In this document: positions 1 to 11,561 of the stretch, one piece after another
Layout: the number at the start of each line of letters is the position of its first letter
How positions within the stretch are numbered: position 1 is the first letter of the stretch
Origin: Octopus bimaculoides
Taxonomy: Eukaryota
Assembly (NCBI RefSeq): GCF_001194135.2
Contig: NC_068985.1
Coordinates: 38,829,968 to 38,862,104, forward strand
Direction of reading: 5' to 3'
DNA: 32,137 nt
The notes under the pieces: generated by a model
Seen by the model: only the letters and a program-made list of their open reading frames with translations
Databases searched by the model: none
Told to the model about the DNA's origin: nothing
Position numbers and translations under genes: made by a program

Positions 1-35
1 TATATATATGTGTATGTGTGTGTGTGTTTGTATGT

Positions 36-244
36 CTGTGTTTGTCCCCCCAACATCGCTTGACAACCGATGCTGGTGTGTTTATGTCCCCGTAACTTAG
101 TGGTTCGGCTATAGAGACCGATAGAATAAGTACTAGGCTTCCAAAGAATAAGTCCTGGGGTCGATTTCTTCGACTAAAGGCGGTGCTCCAGCATGGCCGC
201 AGTCAAAAGACTGAAACAAGTAAAAGAGTAAAAGAGTAAAAGAG
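36..244 (+). mobile_element. SINE family A, 3' half (head lies outside the window; 1-35 is its TA/TG linker)
   Basis: Nearly identical to 13771-13968 and 29576-29714 (TGTGTTTGTCCCCC...CTTGACAACCGATG...GAATAAGTACTAGGCTT...CTGGGGTCGATT); ends in (TAAAAGAG)x3 at 221-244. Confidence 0.9.
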
Positions 245-1292
245 ATATATATATATATATATATATATAAAAGACTTACACACACACACATGCACCTACA
301 TGTGTGTCTATGATTTTTCATACACTTGCTGTACATTCCTCATAAAAACAAGCATATAGCTATCGGTAGATATAAAAGAATGCGAAAGGGGAGCGTGTGT
401 GCTTGCAAAAGTAGTATTATAATTGTAGGTAATTATGTATACTCGTATACTTGTGTATAAGGGTGTATGTGCATGTATGTTTATGTGAGATGTAAACATG
501 CGAGTCTGTGTTTAAACATAAGCAGACCATATAAAAGAGACGAGCCACTTGTCTATTAAACTATATATCTGATTTAGTAGTTAGGATTATTCCTACTTCT
601 TTGCATTTCCGCTTGAAATGTCATGGCTTCCAACACCTGACGGTCACCTAAGCATTAACCCTGAAATTGAAATTAAAAAAATATATATATAAATGAGTAC
701 AACTTGTCACAAAGGATTAGTTCTGATAAGAGAACAAAGAATCTGGGTTTGTAAACCTGAGTCTACCCTCGATAAACCGTAATATTAGTAACGGAAGAAA
801 CCTTGTGATGTTATTTTTTTTGCCTTTTTCTTTTTCTTTCCTACCTTTTTTTTTTATACGAGGCCAATGAAATATTCAGAAACCGAAAATATAAATTTAA
901 TAAACGTTGCTATCATTCCCTTTACAAGAGTGGTAGATGAGCAAACAATATATCTTATGGTACTTAACCATGTCTATGTGCTATGGCCAAATACGGTTTC
1001 AGTTGGATTTCCTTTTCCACGTTCTTGAATCGATAATGTAAAATAAAATCTACAAAAACAAAAACACAAAGATTGGATATAAGCTTGTCATCTGTCTAAC
1101 CTTCTATCACAGTTACAGCTTATTATTAGAATGTTAAGTCGGGATATTAACAGTGTAAAAACGCCTTTTTATTTTATTGAATTACTTCTATTTCTGTCTT
1201 TAAAGTACATGTACATAGTTACTCTAGGATCAATTCCTGCCACTCACCTCTTTGATTTTATTTCTCTGGGGTTGAAATAAGTACTATTTATT

Positions 1293-1573
<281 letters not shown>

Positions 1574-1770
1574 NNNNNNNNNNNNNNNNNNNNNNNNNNN
1601 NNNNNNNNNNNNNNNNNNNNNNNNNNNNNNNNNNNNNNNNNNNNNNNNNNNNNNNNNNNNNNNNNNNNNNNNNNNNNNNNNNNNNNNNNNNNNNNNNNNN
1701 NNNNNNNNNNNNNNNNNNNNNNNNNNNNNNNNNNNNNNNNNNNNNNNNNNNNNNNNNNNNNNNNNNNNNN
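1574..1770. other. Assembly gap (N)
   Basis: Run of N. Confidence 1.
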
Positions 1771-1814
1771 TTAGGATTAGTAGCCCGCGCTCTTAACCGC
1801 TACACCATATGCCC
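1771..1814 (-). mobile_element. tRNA-like SINE head, reverse copy (truncated by gap)
   Basis: Reverse complement GGGCATATGGTGTAGCGGTTAAGAGCGCGGGCTACTAA matches 1816-1846 with 2 transitions. Confidence 0.8.
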
Positions 1815-1815
1815 G

Positions 1816-1884
1816 TGGCGTAGTGGTTAAGAGCGCGGGCTACTAACCCCAACATTCCGAGTTCGATTCCAGGCAGTGACCTGA
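1816..1884 (+). mobile_element. tRNA-like SINE head with Pol III A and B boxes (not a functional tRNA)
   Basis: A box TGGCGTAGTGG at 1816-1826, B box GAGTTCGATTCC at 1859-1870, anticodon-like stem-loop GGG-CTACTAA-CCC at 1837-1849; followed by (AAT)n to ~1903. Confidence 0.85.
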
Positions 1885-1900
1885 ATAATAATAATAATAA

Positions 1901-1936
<36 letters not shown>

Positions 1937-2379
1937 AATGAAGGTGAATATAGTTTGATGAAATATATTTAACCATTGGAATATTCTTATAACATAATAA
2001 ATTGTTTCCTAACATCATTTAACACGGATTTTTCTCTTACCTGATGAGCTTAATATCTGTATTGATTGAAAATATTATTTATATTTATGCAACCATATAA
2101 GTAATTTATTTATTATAAAATATAATAAAATAAATCACCGTTGCATGTCTTAATGTACGAAACAATGTGCTGCGATATATAACTTTTCCGATGGTTAAAT
2201 ATATTTCGTCAAACAATTTCTCTCTTCATTTATAACTTTATACACTCCTTATGGTTTTCTCTTTTGTCATACTATATATTCTATGTTTTATACAATGATA
2301 TTAAGGAAGGGTATTTATCTTTTTTATGCGTATCAATTTGAATCCATATATAATTATATATCTATCTATATATATATAT

Positions 2380-2518
2380 GACGGATTTCTTTCAGTGTCT
2401 GTCTACAGAATCCACTCACAAGGAATCAGTTGGACCAAGGTGGTAGCATTAGACACTTAGCCAAGTGCCACGAAGCGTGACCAGACCTGAAATCATGTGC
2501 TCCTCACCACAAAGTCAC
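2380..2518 (-). mobile_element. SINE family A, 5' half, strongly diverged
   Basis: GACGGATTTCTTTCAGT..ATCCACTCACAAGG..AGACACTT..CCAAGTGCCACG matches the reverse complement of 13510-13674. Confidence 0.75.
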
Positions 2519-2556
2519 TGTTTTCTTGACAAACAAAAAAATTATGCCAGTAATTG

Positions 2557-2688
2557 ACTGATACTTCAATTTATCGACTACAGAGAAATGAAGTGCAAAG
2601 TTGACCCCGTCGGAGATTTGAACTCGGAACGTAAAGAGCCAGAAGAAATTGCTTATGTATTATTGCTCCGATGCTACATCGACTCGGG
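2557..2688 (-). mobile_element. SINE family B, diverged
   Basis: ATTTATCGAC..ATGAAGTGCAAAGTTGACC..ATTTGAACTCGGAACGTAAAG aligns with 7129-7314 and 28151-28383. Confidence 0.75.
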
Positions 2689-3429
2689 CAATAAGCATCG
2701 GAATGACAGTACCCGTGTTAAATAGACAGTAGAATTAATAATATATATCGGATAATATATTAAGATTGATAAAACAGTTATTTATCCTAAATTCATATAG
2801 TTCCAATATAATTTAAATATGATGATAATGTTCATTTGTAAGATAAATCAAAATCAATCTGTGTTAAGCACGTACCCTCTCCTGTCTCACCTTCATAGTA
2901 CATATAATTTGTTGCGCGAAATTAAATGAAAATATCCAAATTATATAGAAAAGCGAAATAGCGATTTATTTTATTCGTTTTAACAATGCTATCAGAACGT
3001 CTTGTTAATGCTAAGGTGATACAGTTGGGTGGAAGAGCTCCAACGATATGATTAAATGGATAGTTTCCAGAAAGTAGTTCATTACATTAAAGTGAATGTA
3101 GATTTCGCATGTGCATTCAGTACAAGAGCACACAGAAGTTCGTTCTCTTGGAATGCTGCCTTGTTTCATTACATACCCCGGAAGGTCAGCCCAACCTATT
3201 GAACTGAAGGCTACTTCTTTTCTTAACTGAGAATCGGACGATGCTAGATGAATGCATTCTTTCTAGAACACAATTCACTTCTAAACACCACCTCCATTAT
3301 TGCTATCAACTTCGATGTCTTGGCGATTATTATGATGTCAGCGACGTCAATATAGTTCATCATTAGAGCTTATCATCGACGTTGCTGTCAGCGTCATCAA
3401 CATTGTCGTCCTCAGTTTCCTTAAACCTT

Positions 3430-3582
3430 CAGTATCTCTCTCATCCCCTCTCTCTTTTTCTGTCTCGCTCTCTCTTTTTTTCTCTCACACACACACAAAC
3501 TCTCACTCTCTGTATCTCTCTATCTAGCTTGCTAGCTAGCTAGTTAGCCAACTCTCTCTCCCTCTCTCTCTCTCTTTCTCTG

Positions 3583-3613
<31 letters not shown>

Positions 3614-3771
3614 CTATATATTATATATATACATACACACATATATATATATACATACACACATATATATATATACATACATACACAAATATGTATATAC
3701 ATATAAAACTTATATACATATATTTATATATATATACATATATATATGTATATATATATATATATATATAT
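3430..3771. repeat. Compound (CT)n/(CA)n/(CTAG)n/(TA)n microsatellite
   Basis: Direct reading. Confidence 0.95.
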
Positions 3772-4039
3772 NNNNNNNNNNNNNNNNNNNNNNNNNNNNN
3801 NNNNNNNNNNNNNNNNNNNNNNNNNNNNNNNNNNNNNNNNNNNNNNNNNNNNNNNNNNNNNNNNNNNNNNNNNNNNNNNNNNNNNNNNNNNNNNNNNNNN
3901 NNNNNNNNNNNNNNNNNNNNNNNNNNNNNNNNNNNNNNNNNNNNNNNNNNNNNNNNNNNNNNNNNNNNNNNNNNNNNNNNNNNNNNNNNNNNNNNNNNNN
4001 NNNNNNNNNNNNNNNNNNNNNNNNNNNNNNNNNNNNNNN
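3772..4039. other. Assembly gap (N)
   Basis: Run of N. Confidence 1.
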
Positions 4040-4155
4040 ACATATAGATATATATATATACCAGACTAAGCACATACATGTTAAACAAGGTGGGAAAATA
4101 GTACTCGAATACCGGAGGCAGAGTAATATGATTTATTATTAAAGTGTATCTAAAT

Positions 4156-4157
<2 letters not shown>

Positions 4158-4208
<51 letters not shown>
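4158..4208. repeat. (AAT)n microsatellite directly 5' of the H1 tail
   Basis: Direct reading. Confidence 0.98.
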
Positions 4209-4209
<1 letters not shown>

Positions 4210-4360
4210 TCGAAAAATACCTTGGGAATGAGAACCCAGGTTCGAAATTTCTCTAAGACACCTGATGAAGGCTGGAGGGTATATCAGGCGAAACGCTGTG
4301 TTAACAACAAACAAAACGAGGTCAAATATCCGTCAAATATAAATAATGTAAATAATGTAT
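4209..4360 (+). mobile_element. Penelope-like 3' tail, family H1
   Basis: CGAAAAATACCTTGGGAATGAGAACCCAGGTTCGAAATTT...CCGTCAAAT; inverted relative to 1293-1463. Confidence 0.85.
4257..4302 (+). ncRNA. Minimal type I hammerhead ribozyme motif, degenerate (H1 copy 2)
   Basis: GACAC-CTGATGA-A-GGCTG(10 nt)CAGGC-GAAA-CGCT-GTGTT; one stem II mismatch, and U16.1 changed to C. Confidence 0.72.
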
Positions 4361-4953
4361 ATGCGCTATTGCGTACACACATATGAGAATACGAATTTGT
4401 ATAATCAAATATACAAAGATTTAGAAATTCTGTAGAATGTAAGATAAGATTCATGGCATGTTTTCCTGGCTATAGTTAAATATTTGATTCTGCAGCTATG
4501 TGTCTTGTATGTAGAAGCTTTCTTATGAACGGAGACGTAAATTTTACATATTATAAATGTGATACGCGCCGTGGCATTTTTAGTAGCCTGGAGCGATCTC
4601 AGTGAGAAGTTCACGGTAGTTAACATTATTGAATCGATCGAAAATTCTTAACTTGATGAAATCTAGTTTGATTGCTAATTAGCCTTTTGCACAACATGGT
4701 TAATGCTTAAGGCAAGTAACTCAAAGGCAGTGTTCTGTTTATTCAGCATACAAAAGCTGTGAACTATTGGTTGTATGAAATTATCAATCATCTTCTGCAG
4801 GATATGTCTCATTTATTAACGGCGATGGTTATCTGTTGCTAGTGATAGTAGAAGAATTTTAATCAAATCCTTTTTAAAGAAACGTGTCTACTACGGCAAC
4901 TCGGTACAAAAATCTAATCAAAGATTGACACTGCGTTTCACATAGTTAAATTA

Positions 4954-5029
<76 letters not shown>
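4954..5029. repeat. (TAG)n microsatellite
   Basis: Direct reading. Confidence 0.98.
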
Positions 5030-5033
<4 letters not shown>

Positions 5034-5231
5034 TTTTAGGATATATAAATATTTGCAATCCGGCTTCGATTAGCGACATTAAATAAATTTATGCACTGGA
5101 GACTCCATAAATGTTTGCTGTCTGCTCATTATGCGATTGTATAGGTGTCAATATAAATTTGTGCTTATACACAGAAACATGAACACGGATTGATAACCAC
5201 ATATATAAATATGGGCTCACATACACTTATA

Positions 5232-5276
5232 TAGACACAAACACACACACACTCACGCACTTGTACATAAGAACAT

Positions 5277-5314
<38 letters not shown>

Positions 5315-5386
5315 GTGTTTGTGTGTGTCTGTGTGTGTGTATGTGTGTGTGTGTGTGTGCGTGTGTGTGCGCGCATGTATGTGTGT
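5232..5386. repeat. (CA)n/(TG)n microsatellite
   Basis: Direct reading. Confidence 0.95.
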
Positions 5387-5387
5387 A

Positions 5388-5535
5388 AACTACATGTGGA
5401 TTGTTGGCTATTTTCATGCGTCTGTCTCCTGTTTCTGAAGAAGAGATTTGCTCGAAATGTAAAACACCCTTTCTTTTCTTCCAGGAGCGTCTTATTAATA
5501 CATTGCATGTACCACGTCCTGGTGTTGTTTTTTTT
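5388..5535 (+). mobile_element. Short repeat family H2 (Penelope-like) with hammerhead motif
   Basis: Reverse complement aligns with 29410-29564 (AAAACAAC..AGGACGTGG..GACG..GAAAG.GGTGTT..CTTC.TCAGAAA..GAAAAT.GCCAAC). Confidence 0.75.
5430..5466 (+). ncRNA. Minimal type I hammerhead ribozyme motif (H2)
   Basis: TGTTT-CTGAAGA-A-GAG(ATTTG)CTC-GAAA-TG-TA-AAACA: 5-bp stem I, 3-bp stem II, intact core, GUA cleavage triplet. Confidence 0.72.
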
Positions 5536-5562
5536 CTCCGTAATTTCTTATTAATTGTGTAT

Positions 5563-6230
5563 NNNNNNNNNNNNNNNNNNNNNNNNNNNNNNNNNNNNNN
5601 NNNNNNNNNNNNNNNNNNNNNNNNNNNNNNNNNNNNNNNNNNNNNNNNNNNNNNNNNNNNNNNNNNNNNNNNNNNNNNNNNNNNNNNNNNNNNNNNNNNN
5701 NNNNNNNNNNNNNNNNNNNNNNNNNNNNNNNNNNNNNNNNNNNNNNNNNNNNNNNNNNNNNNNNNNNNNNNNNNNNNNNNNNNNNNNNNNNNNNNNNNNN
5801 NNNNNNNNNNNNNNNNNNNNNNNNNNNNNNNNNNNNNNNNNNNNNNNNNNNNNNNNNNNNNNNNNNNNNNNNNNNNNNNNNNNNNNNNNNNNNNNNNNNN
5901 NNNNNNNNNNNNNNNNNNNNNNNNNNNNNNNNNNNNNNNNNNNNNNNNNNNNNNNNNNNNNNNNNNNNNNNNNNNNNNNNNNNNNNNNNNNNNNNNNNNN
6001 NNNNNNNNNNNNNNNNNNNNNNNNNNNNNNNNNNNNNNNNNNNNNNNNNNNNNNNNNNNNNNNNNNNNNNNNNNNNNNNNNNNNNNNNNNNNNNNNNNNN
6101 NNNNNNNNNNNNNNNNNNNNNNNNNNNNNNNNNNNNNNNNNNNNNNNNNNNNNNNNNNNNNNNNNNNNNNNNNNNNNNNNNNNNNNNNNNNNNNNNNNNN
6201 NNNNNNNNNNNNNNNNNNNNNNNNNNNNNT
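5563..6230. other. Assembly gap (N)
   Basis: Run of N. Confidence 1.
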
Positions 6231-6263
6231 ATATATATATATATATATATGTATGTATTTATA

Positions 6264-7128
6264 AATAAACCCGAACTTGTTATCTGGATAGAACAACTGC
6301 AGATTTCTCAATAGATCAGCATTGGTGTTCTCTTTTTCACTGATCTTCAGGCTTATGTTAACATGCGCTGGGCAAGCTAATTTCCACAACTGTGCACAGT
6401 TTCTCTTGTCTATCCCAAATCATCATATCATATCTCTTGTGCTTACATTCCACCAGTATTCCTTTTTATTATGAGTGGCTATAGCTTCTACCATATTGTA
6501 GTTTCTTTTTTTCTTTTTCCTCGGGATTATCTTTCCGACGGATTCCATTATAGAGTGTCCTAGCTACAACGCCATGTCTCATCGGTAGATACTATCCTGA
6601 TGACATTTTCGGACAATTGCTTAAGATGTGGGTGATATTTTCAGTGTGAATTCCAGAAAGTCTGCATCGGTTGTCACACTTTACGGCTTCACCTGCATCT
6701 CTATCCTTTTTGTGCATCAGGTACTTGGTTGATATTTCCTGTTTCCGGATTGCAAACGCATACCCTTCAAAGTGGGAGGTAGTAATCCTGGTATTGGTCC
6801 ATCATGAACTATTTTGATGATCGATGTTACTATCATCACGGAGCTTTTTTAGTATCATATCATCACGGAGCTTTCTAGTAACATATCCATGCATAGACCC
6901 CTGCTCCTATAGGCTACGTTGCGGTAGAATTGTGCGACTTCTTTGGGCATGTATTCTAGGTTATCAGACAAAGAGTATTGCTCAAGGAGCTGCCTTCCAA
7001 GTCTTATGATCTTATCAGCCTCGTATATGCAAGCTTGGTCAAGGGATGCACATATCCGAAGGGATATGATACGACATTCAAAAGCATTTTGGATCGAAGT
7101 TAAGCCTCTTCCTCCTTGTTTTCTTTTT
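6264..7128 (-). pseudogene. Decayed C-terminal region of an RLE-type (R4/Dong-like) non-LTR retrotransposon ORF: post-RT region, CCHC knuckle, restriction-like endonuclease
   Basis: Manual translation across frameshifts and stops: LKRKQGGRGL..., SMHGYVTRKL, FEGYAFAIRKQEISTKYL, DNRCRLSGIHTENITHILSNCPKM..YLPMRHGVVARTLY (6666-6575; second Cys changed to Ser), EYWWNV, ACPAHVNISLKISEKEN..LLRNLQLFYPDNKF. Confidence 0.88.
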
Positions 7129-7314
7129 AGGACAGACAAAGGGATTAAGTCGATTACATCGACTCCAGTGCGTAACTGGTACTTAATTTATCGTCCCCGA
7201 AAGGATGAAAGGCAAAGTCGACCTCGGCAGAATTTGAACTCGGAACGCAACGGCAGACGAAATACTGCTGAGTATTTCGCCCGGCGTACTAACGTTTCTT
7301 TCAGCTCGCTACCT
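7129..7314 (-). mobile_element. SINE family B (tRNA-derived), tail type i, abutting the LINE fragment
   Basis: Minus strand shows an A-box-like CTGAAAGAAACGTTAG and B box GAGTTCAAATTC; aligns with 24619-24847 including the GGA..AAGGGATTAAGTCGATTAC tail junction. Confidence 0.9.
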
Positions 7315-8749
7315 TTATACCAGAATAATATCGTTCGATGTGTCCGCCCGCTTTCGAAACAAGGCAATATAGCGAAGAATGTTTATTTGTATATTTTTTG
7401 TACAGATTTTTTTTCTTTTTGTCTAGCAGATAGACCGACTTCGTAGGGGCTAATTAGATATGTAAACAGATTTCTTTTCTTTCATTTACTTAAGCACAAT
7501 TCGAATCTGATTCTTTCTTCATTTTGCAGAAATAAAATCTCTTTATATGACCAAGAATTTTATTTCATTTTAAGTTATTAATCACTCGCATCTCTATTTC
7601 TGCTGTTAACAGCATTGCTTTTATTATTGAAACTGAAGATTTAAACCTAATACCAACAGAATCTCCTTTCCTTCGTTACTCTGTTCAAAGGAGCAGAAAT
7701 GCAAATCATTATGTGAAAATATTTGTTTATTTGATGAGAAATTTGATTTATTTATATAAAGAAAATTAAACATCGAAGACATAAGTCCTGCGAGTGTAAT
7801 GTGTTTGTTTTCTGGTTTATGCAGGTATAGTGTGGTGTTGTGTTACTGCGACGGTGGATTTAGCTAAAAGAGAAGAAAAGTAATCGTCATGTTAATGAGA
7901 TTGAAGCATTACAAATTTAGGCTATAAAAGATCGTTTGCAAATTTGGTAATTTGCTACGGGCATAGAAATAATCTTAAGAATGAAAAGATGAAAGAATAA
8001 GAAACTTAAAGAAGGATAAATTCTGATTGGAAGGAATGATGGTTCTGAATGCCAATTCTCCGTAGGTGGAATAAAACTTGATATCGGCTGCCAATTCACC
8101 TTATATATGGTATTCTATTTCTGCAGAGAGTTGCGTGAAATATTATCCATTAAAATTCACTAGAGAAATATTTCGAAGGTTTCTTCAACGCTGCCAATAT
8201 ATGTATGAGTATGTTAATGTATAAGATTGCGAGAATACATTGATAGTTCATGGATGTGCGTTTAAATTTGTTGTACATACTTGCATATTTGTGTGTTCAA
8301 GTGCGCATAACCATGCGTTTCTTCGTATGTGTATCTGTGAGTGCTTGTGAACACACACCTATGAGTGCATGTGTGCTTCGAGAATATCCATGTGTATGTC
8401 TAATCTGAAGAGAGAATTGATATTGATTGAATTAGGAAGATCTATTTGAGTAATAGTACGTTATATTGTTCTGAATATTTCTTTCACTATAAACCTGGAA
8501 TATTTACTTTAACAGGCACAAATATATACGTACGCTCTCACACGTACAGATACACACGTAAACATAATAATGAGTAGATGAATGTAATCCGTTATTTCTG
8601 AATGCATGAGCAAGATTTCAGTTACGTTTACATATTTGATTTTATGTGGGTTGTATAACATCTGGATATAGAAATGTGTGAATGAAAGCATTAATGGATA
8701 TCATTGCGTTGTGGTTGTCACAGATAGTGAAAAGCATGTTAATACACAC

Positions 8750-8877
8750 GAATGTGTGTATGTATGTATGTATGTATGTATGTATGTATGTATGCATGTA
8801 CGTATGTATATGATATGTATATATATATGTATATATATATGTGTGCGTGTGTCTATGTATATATATACATTCATATA

Positions 8878-8941
<64 letters not shown>

Positions 8942-9050
8942 TATATCTATATATATATATAAATACTTACATACACACACGCACATACATACATACATAC
9001 ATACATACATACATGCATATGTATATATGCTGTTGTATACGTATGTAAAT
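8750..9050. repeat. Compound (TATG)n/(TA)n/(TACA)n microsatellite
   Basis: Direct reading. Confidence 0.95.
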
Positions 9051-9060
9051 AGGTAGTTAA

Positions 9061-9960
9061 GGATTCCCATGGATAGCACTCATAGGTTCACAGGAAAAAA
9101 GAAAGGCAAGCGTAATCTGTCAGGTGTCTGGGCTTTATGGAACTTGAACCTTAGTCACAATCCGTGTGAAAGATATTTCTTTTTTTGGTCACTGATAGGA
9201 TAAAAGTTTCATTGCTCAAGCTGAATCAAATGATAGAAACTGTAGCAGACTGTGAAACGTTATTAGATTGTTAATGCACAACCTAATAATTTGGCCAAGA
9301 ACATTCGTTCATAAGGGAGATAACTACTACGAATAACAGCAAACATTTCAAAAGCTTTTCATTTAGGAGTCTCAGATTTAATACCATAGAAGTCACAGAA
9401 ACTTCTTGGCAACTTTTGTAGTAATATTTAATTCATGAATGTGATTAGGCCAGAATAATCTTCATTTGTTTTTCTCCGGGTTATAATCACTGAGAAATTT
9501 ATATATCCTAACATTTCAGAGAATGTCTTTCTTACAGGAGCCTCGATGGTGTAATGGATTAACCTGTTGAAAATTTCCCTACTGGACGACAAGTAAAGGA
9601 CATTCCTGATTTGATCTATAACTGCTGACAGAGCTTTGTTTTGTTTCAGTTCTGTTCAACAGACCTAGAAATAATGTCAAGGAATTTCCAAGAATAAATT
9701 CCATTCCCATCGATAATTTTTCTAGGTGGAATTACTTCACTTATATCATAGTATTGCTTTCACATTCCTATAATACTTCACATCTTAGTAAAGCATCCAA
9801 CCCTGCAATAATTTTCATCATCTGATGCAGCTTATCTCATAGAAACATAGTCTAACAGCTAATGATATAAAACTTCATACGATCCGAATGTCATCAAGGT
9901 TTCACTATGAATAAATTGATCATGTGTTTCGCACTTATAAAACTCTGGATTATAGCTATA
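9061..9960 (-). pseudogene. Unidentified decayed protein-coding sequence (probably TE- or virus-derived)
   Basis: One frame runs 9655->9263 (131 codons) with only two internal stops (9430-9428 TAA, 9361-9359 TGA); further 20-37 codon open segments on both sides are joined by frameshifts; no microsatellites inside. No family recognised. Confidence 0.6.
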
Positions 9961-10395
9961 TAGGTAATTAACGGATTACCGTTAATTATATAGTCTATAT
10001 ATTGTACTGAATGCTCTATGATTTGGTTTTTGTTTGACGCACACGTTTACACGCATGCATCAAAATATATGTGTTTGTACACATACACAGATATATATAT
10101 ATCTTTGTATGTGTGACATGTGTATTAATACGTTAATATGAAAATAGTGTTTTAGGGGGTTTTTTATGAAAACCTCAAAGGCAAAGCTCTAGCTTAAATA
10201 TTGCTGACAGATTTTGCTACAGCTGTTTTGGTAATTCTGGTAGTGATCTAATCATTTAACAGCACTTTTCGATATATGAAGACAACATTTCCCGAATTTC
10301 CAAATAGAAAGATATGAAGAATAAATTTTGCTTGAGAATATTACGAGTGTATAGAAAAATTGTCTAAGCATTGAAATTTTATACATTCGATTATA

Positions 10396-10621
10396 TTGGG
10401 TTGTCCGGAAAGTTCGTGCCGATTTATAGTAGCTTACCTTTCGACTTATTTGCCATGAATCCACCTCCATTCTAGAAAGAGTGCATTTTCAAGTAAAATA
10501 AAAGATGAAAACGCATTGTGCAACAAAATGATTCATATTTGTTTGATTAAAAACGTAATGGCAAGTATTTATTGACCTTTCTTTCCTTTAAAAATTGGCA
10601 CGAATTTTCCGGACAACCCAA
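10396..10621. mobile_element. Tc1/mariner-type MITE, 226 bp
   Basis: 30-bp TIRs TTGGGTTGTCCGGAAAGTTCGTGCCGATTT (10396-10425) and 10592-10621 with 2 mismatches; TA on both sides (10394-10395, 10622-10623). Confidence 0.9.
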
Positions 10622-11561
10622 TAGATTCCTCTCCTTGCATGAAACTGAATTTTTTCTGGTATGTGCACTTTACTAGTAATTCTGAATTTTTTCCCATTGT
10701 TTTCTGATCAGGAAAACAGACAAGGGCATTATCCAGAGATTTATTTCAAAGCTTCTAATTCAAAAAGTATTATGATGTATAAACTGGTTGGTCTATGATT
10801 TACCTTTAAGATATTTGCGTATCTAACTACAAATATTTCTTTTAGTTTTGTCACCACATTTCTTATTTAGATAAGTTTAGGTGTAAAATAAATATAACTG
10901 CAATGAGCTGTGTCTGAATAATTTGGATTCATTTATTTCACTTAGTTATTTATTCATATTGTATTTAATTTTCAAAACATCATTAGTTACTGGTTACAAA
11001 AGAGCCAACACCTGGCTCTCTGCAATTTTTCAGAACTCCAGCGACAAGGGAGTGTACGTAAATTCTTGATTTACAAAACATTGCTACCAAGTACTTTATT
11101 TGAAATGCAGTGTCTTTCACTGATGTGCAGATATACTGCGGCGAAGTATGTACCAAGAGTAAAACACATAAATTCTTATGTGTTTTAGTATGTACCAACA
11201 CAAAAATAAATAAATGTATAGATTTGATATATAGTTGAACTCGTAACGTAAGGAACCATAAGAAATGCAAGCTAGTATTTCTTCAGGCACGGTAACGATT
11301 CTAACAACAACGCATCGAACTATGCTTAAACGTAGTCAATATTAATTAAAGTATATTGTCAATCATTAAAGAAAAGATAAAACATGGTCATGAAAAGAAT
11401 TCCACACAGATTATATAAATTTAGTTCAATTAATTATCTTCCTGTTCTTCTCCATTAGCTATACTACTCTTTGGTGTTTTCAGAATGTCCACAAGATTCT
11501 TCATAGCAATTATACAGCAATGCAATTCGAAGTCATTACAATTACCTAACTTTATTCGCAT

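Noticed and set aside
200-222. Hammerhead in the SINE A tail (CAGTC..GACTGAAAC)
   Set aside because: A hairpin followed by GAAAC, but no CUGANGA upstream in any of the copies.
1816-1884. tRNA gene (apparent ACT anticodon)
   Set aside because: No acceptor stem, broken T-stem, and direct continuation into (AAT)n; it is a SINE-type head.
3586-6389. Long ORF-track entries such as 5253-6389 (378 aa) and 5401-6264
   Set aside because: Lengths come from N-gaps and TA/CA repeats; only the first ~42 aa of 5253-6389 is real and belongs to the LINE relic.
7825-7879. Candidate + strand micro-exon (GIVWCCVTATVDLAKREE) with tgcag / gtaatc sites
   Set aside because: The CAG|GT could equally be a donor; not phase-compatible with the next candidate at ~8127; no recognisable protein. 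Needs RNA-seq.
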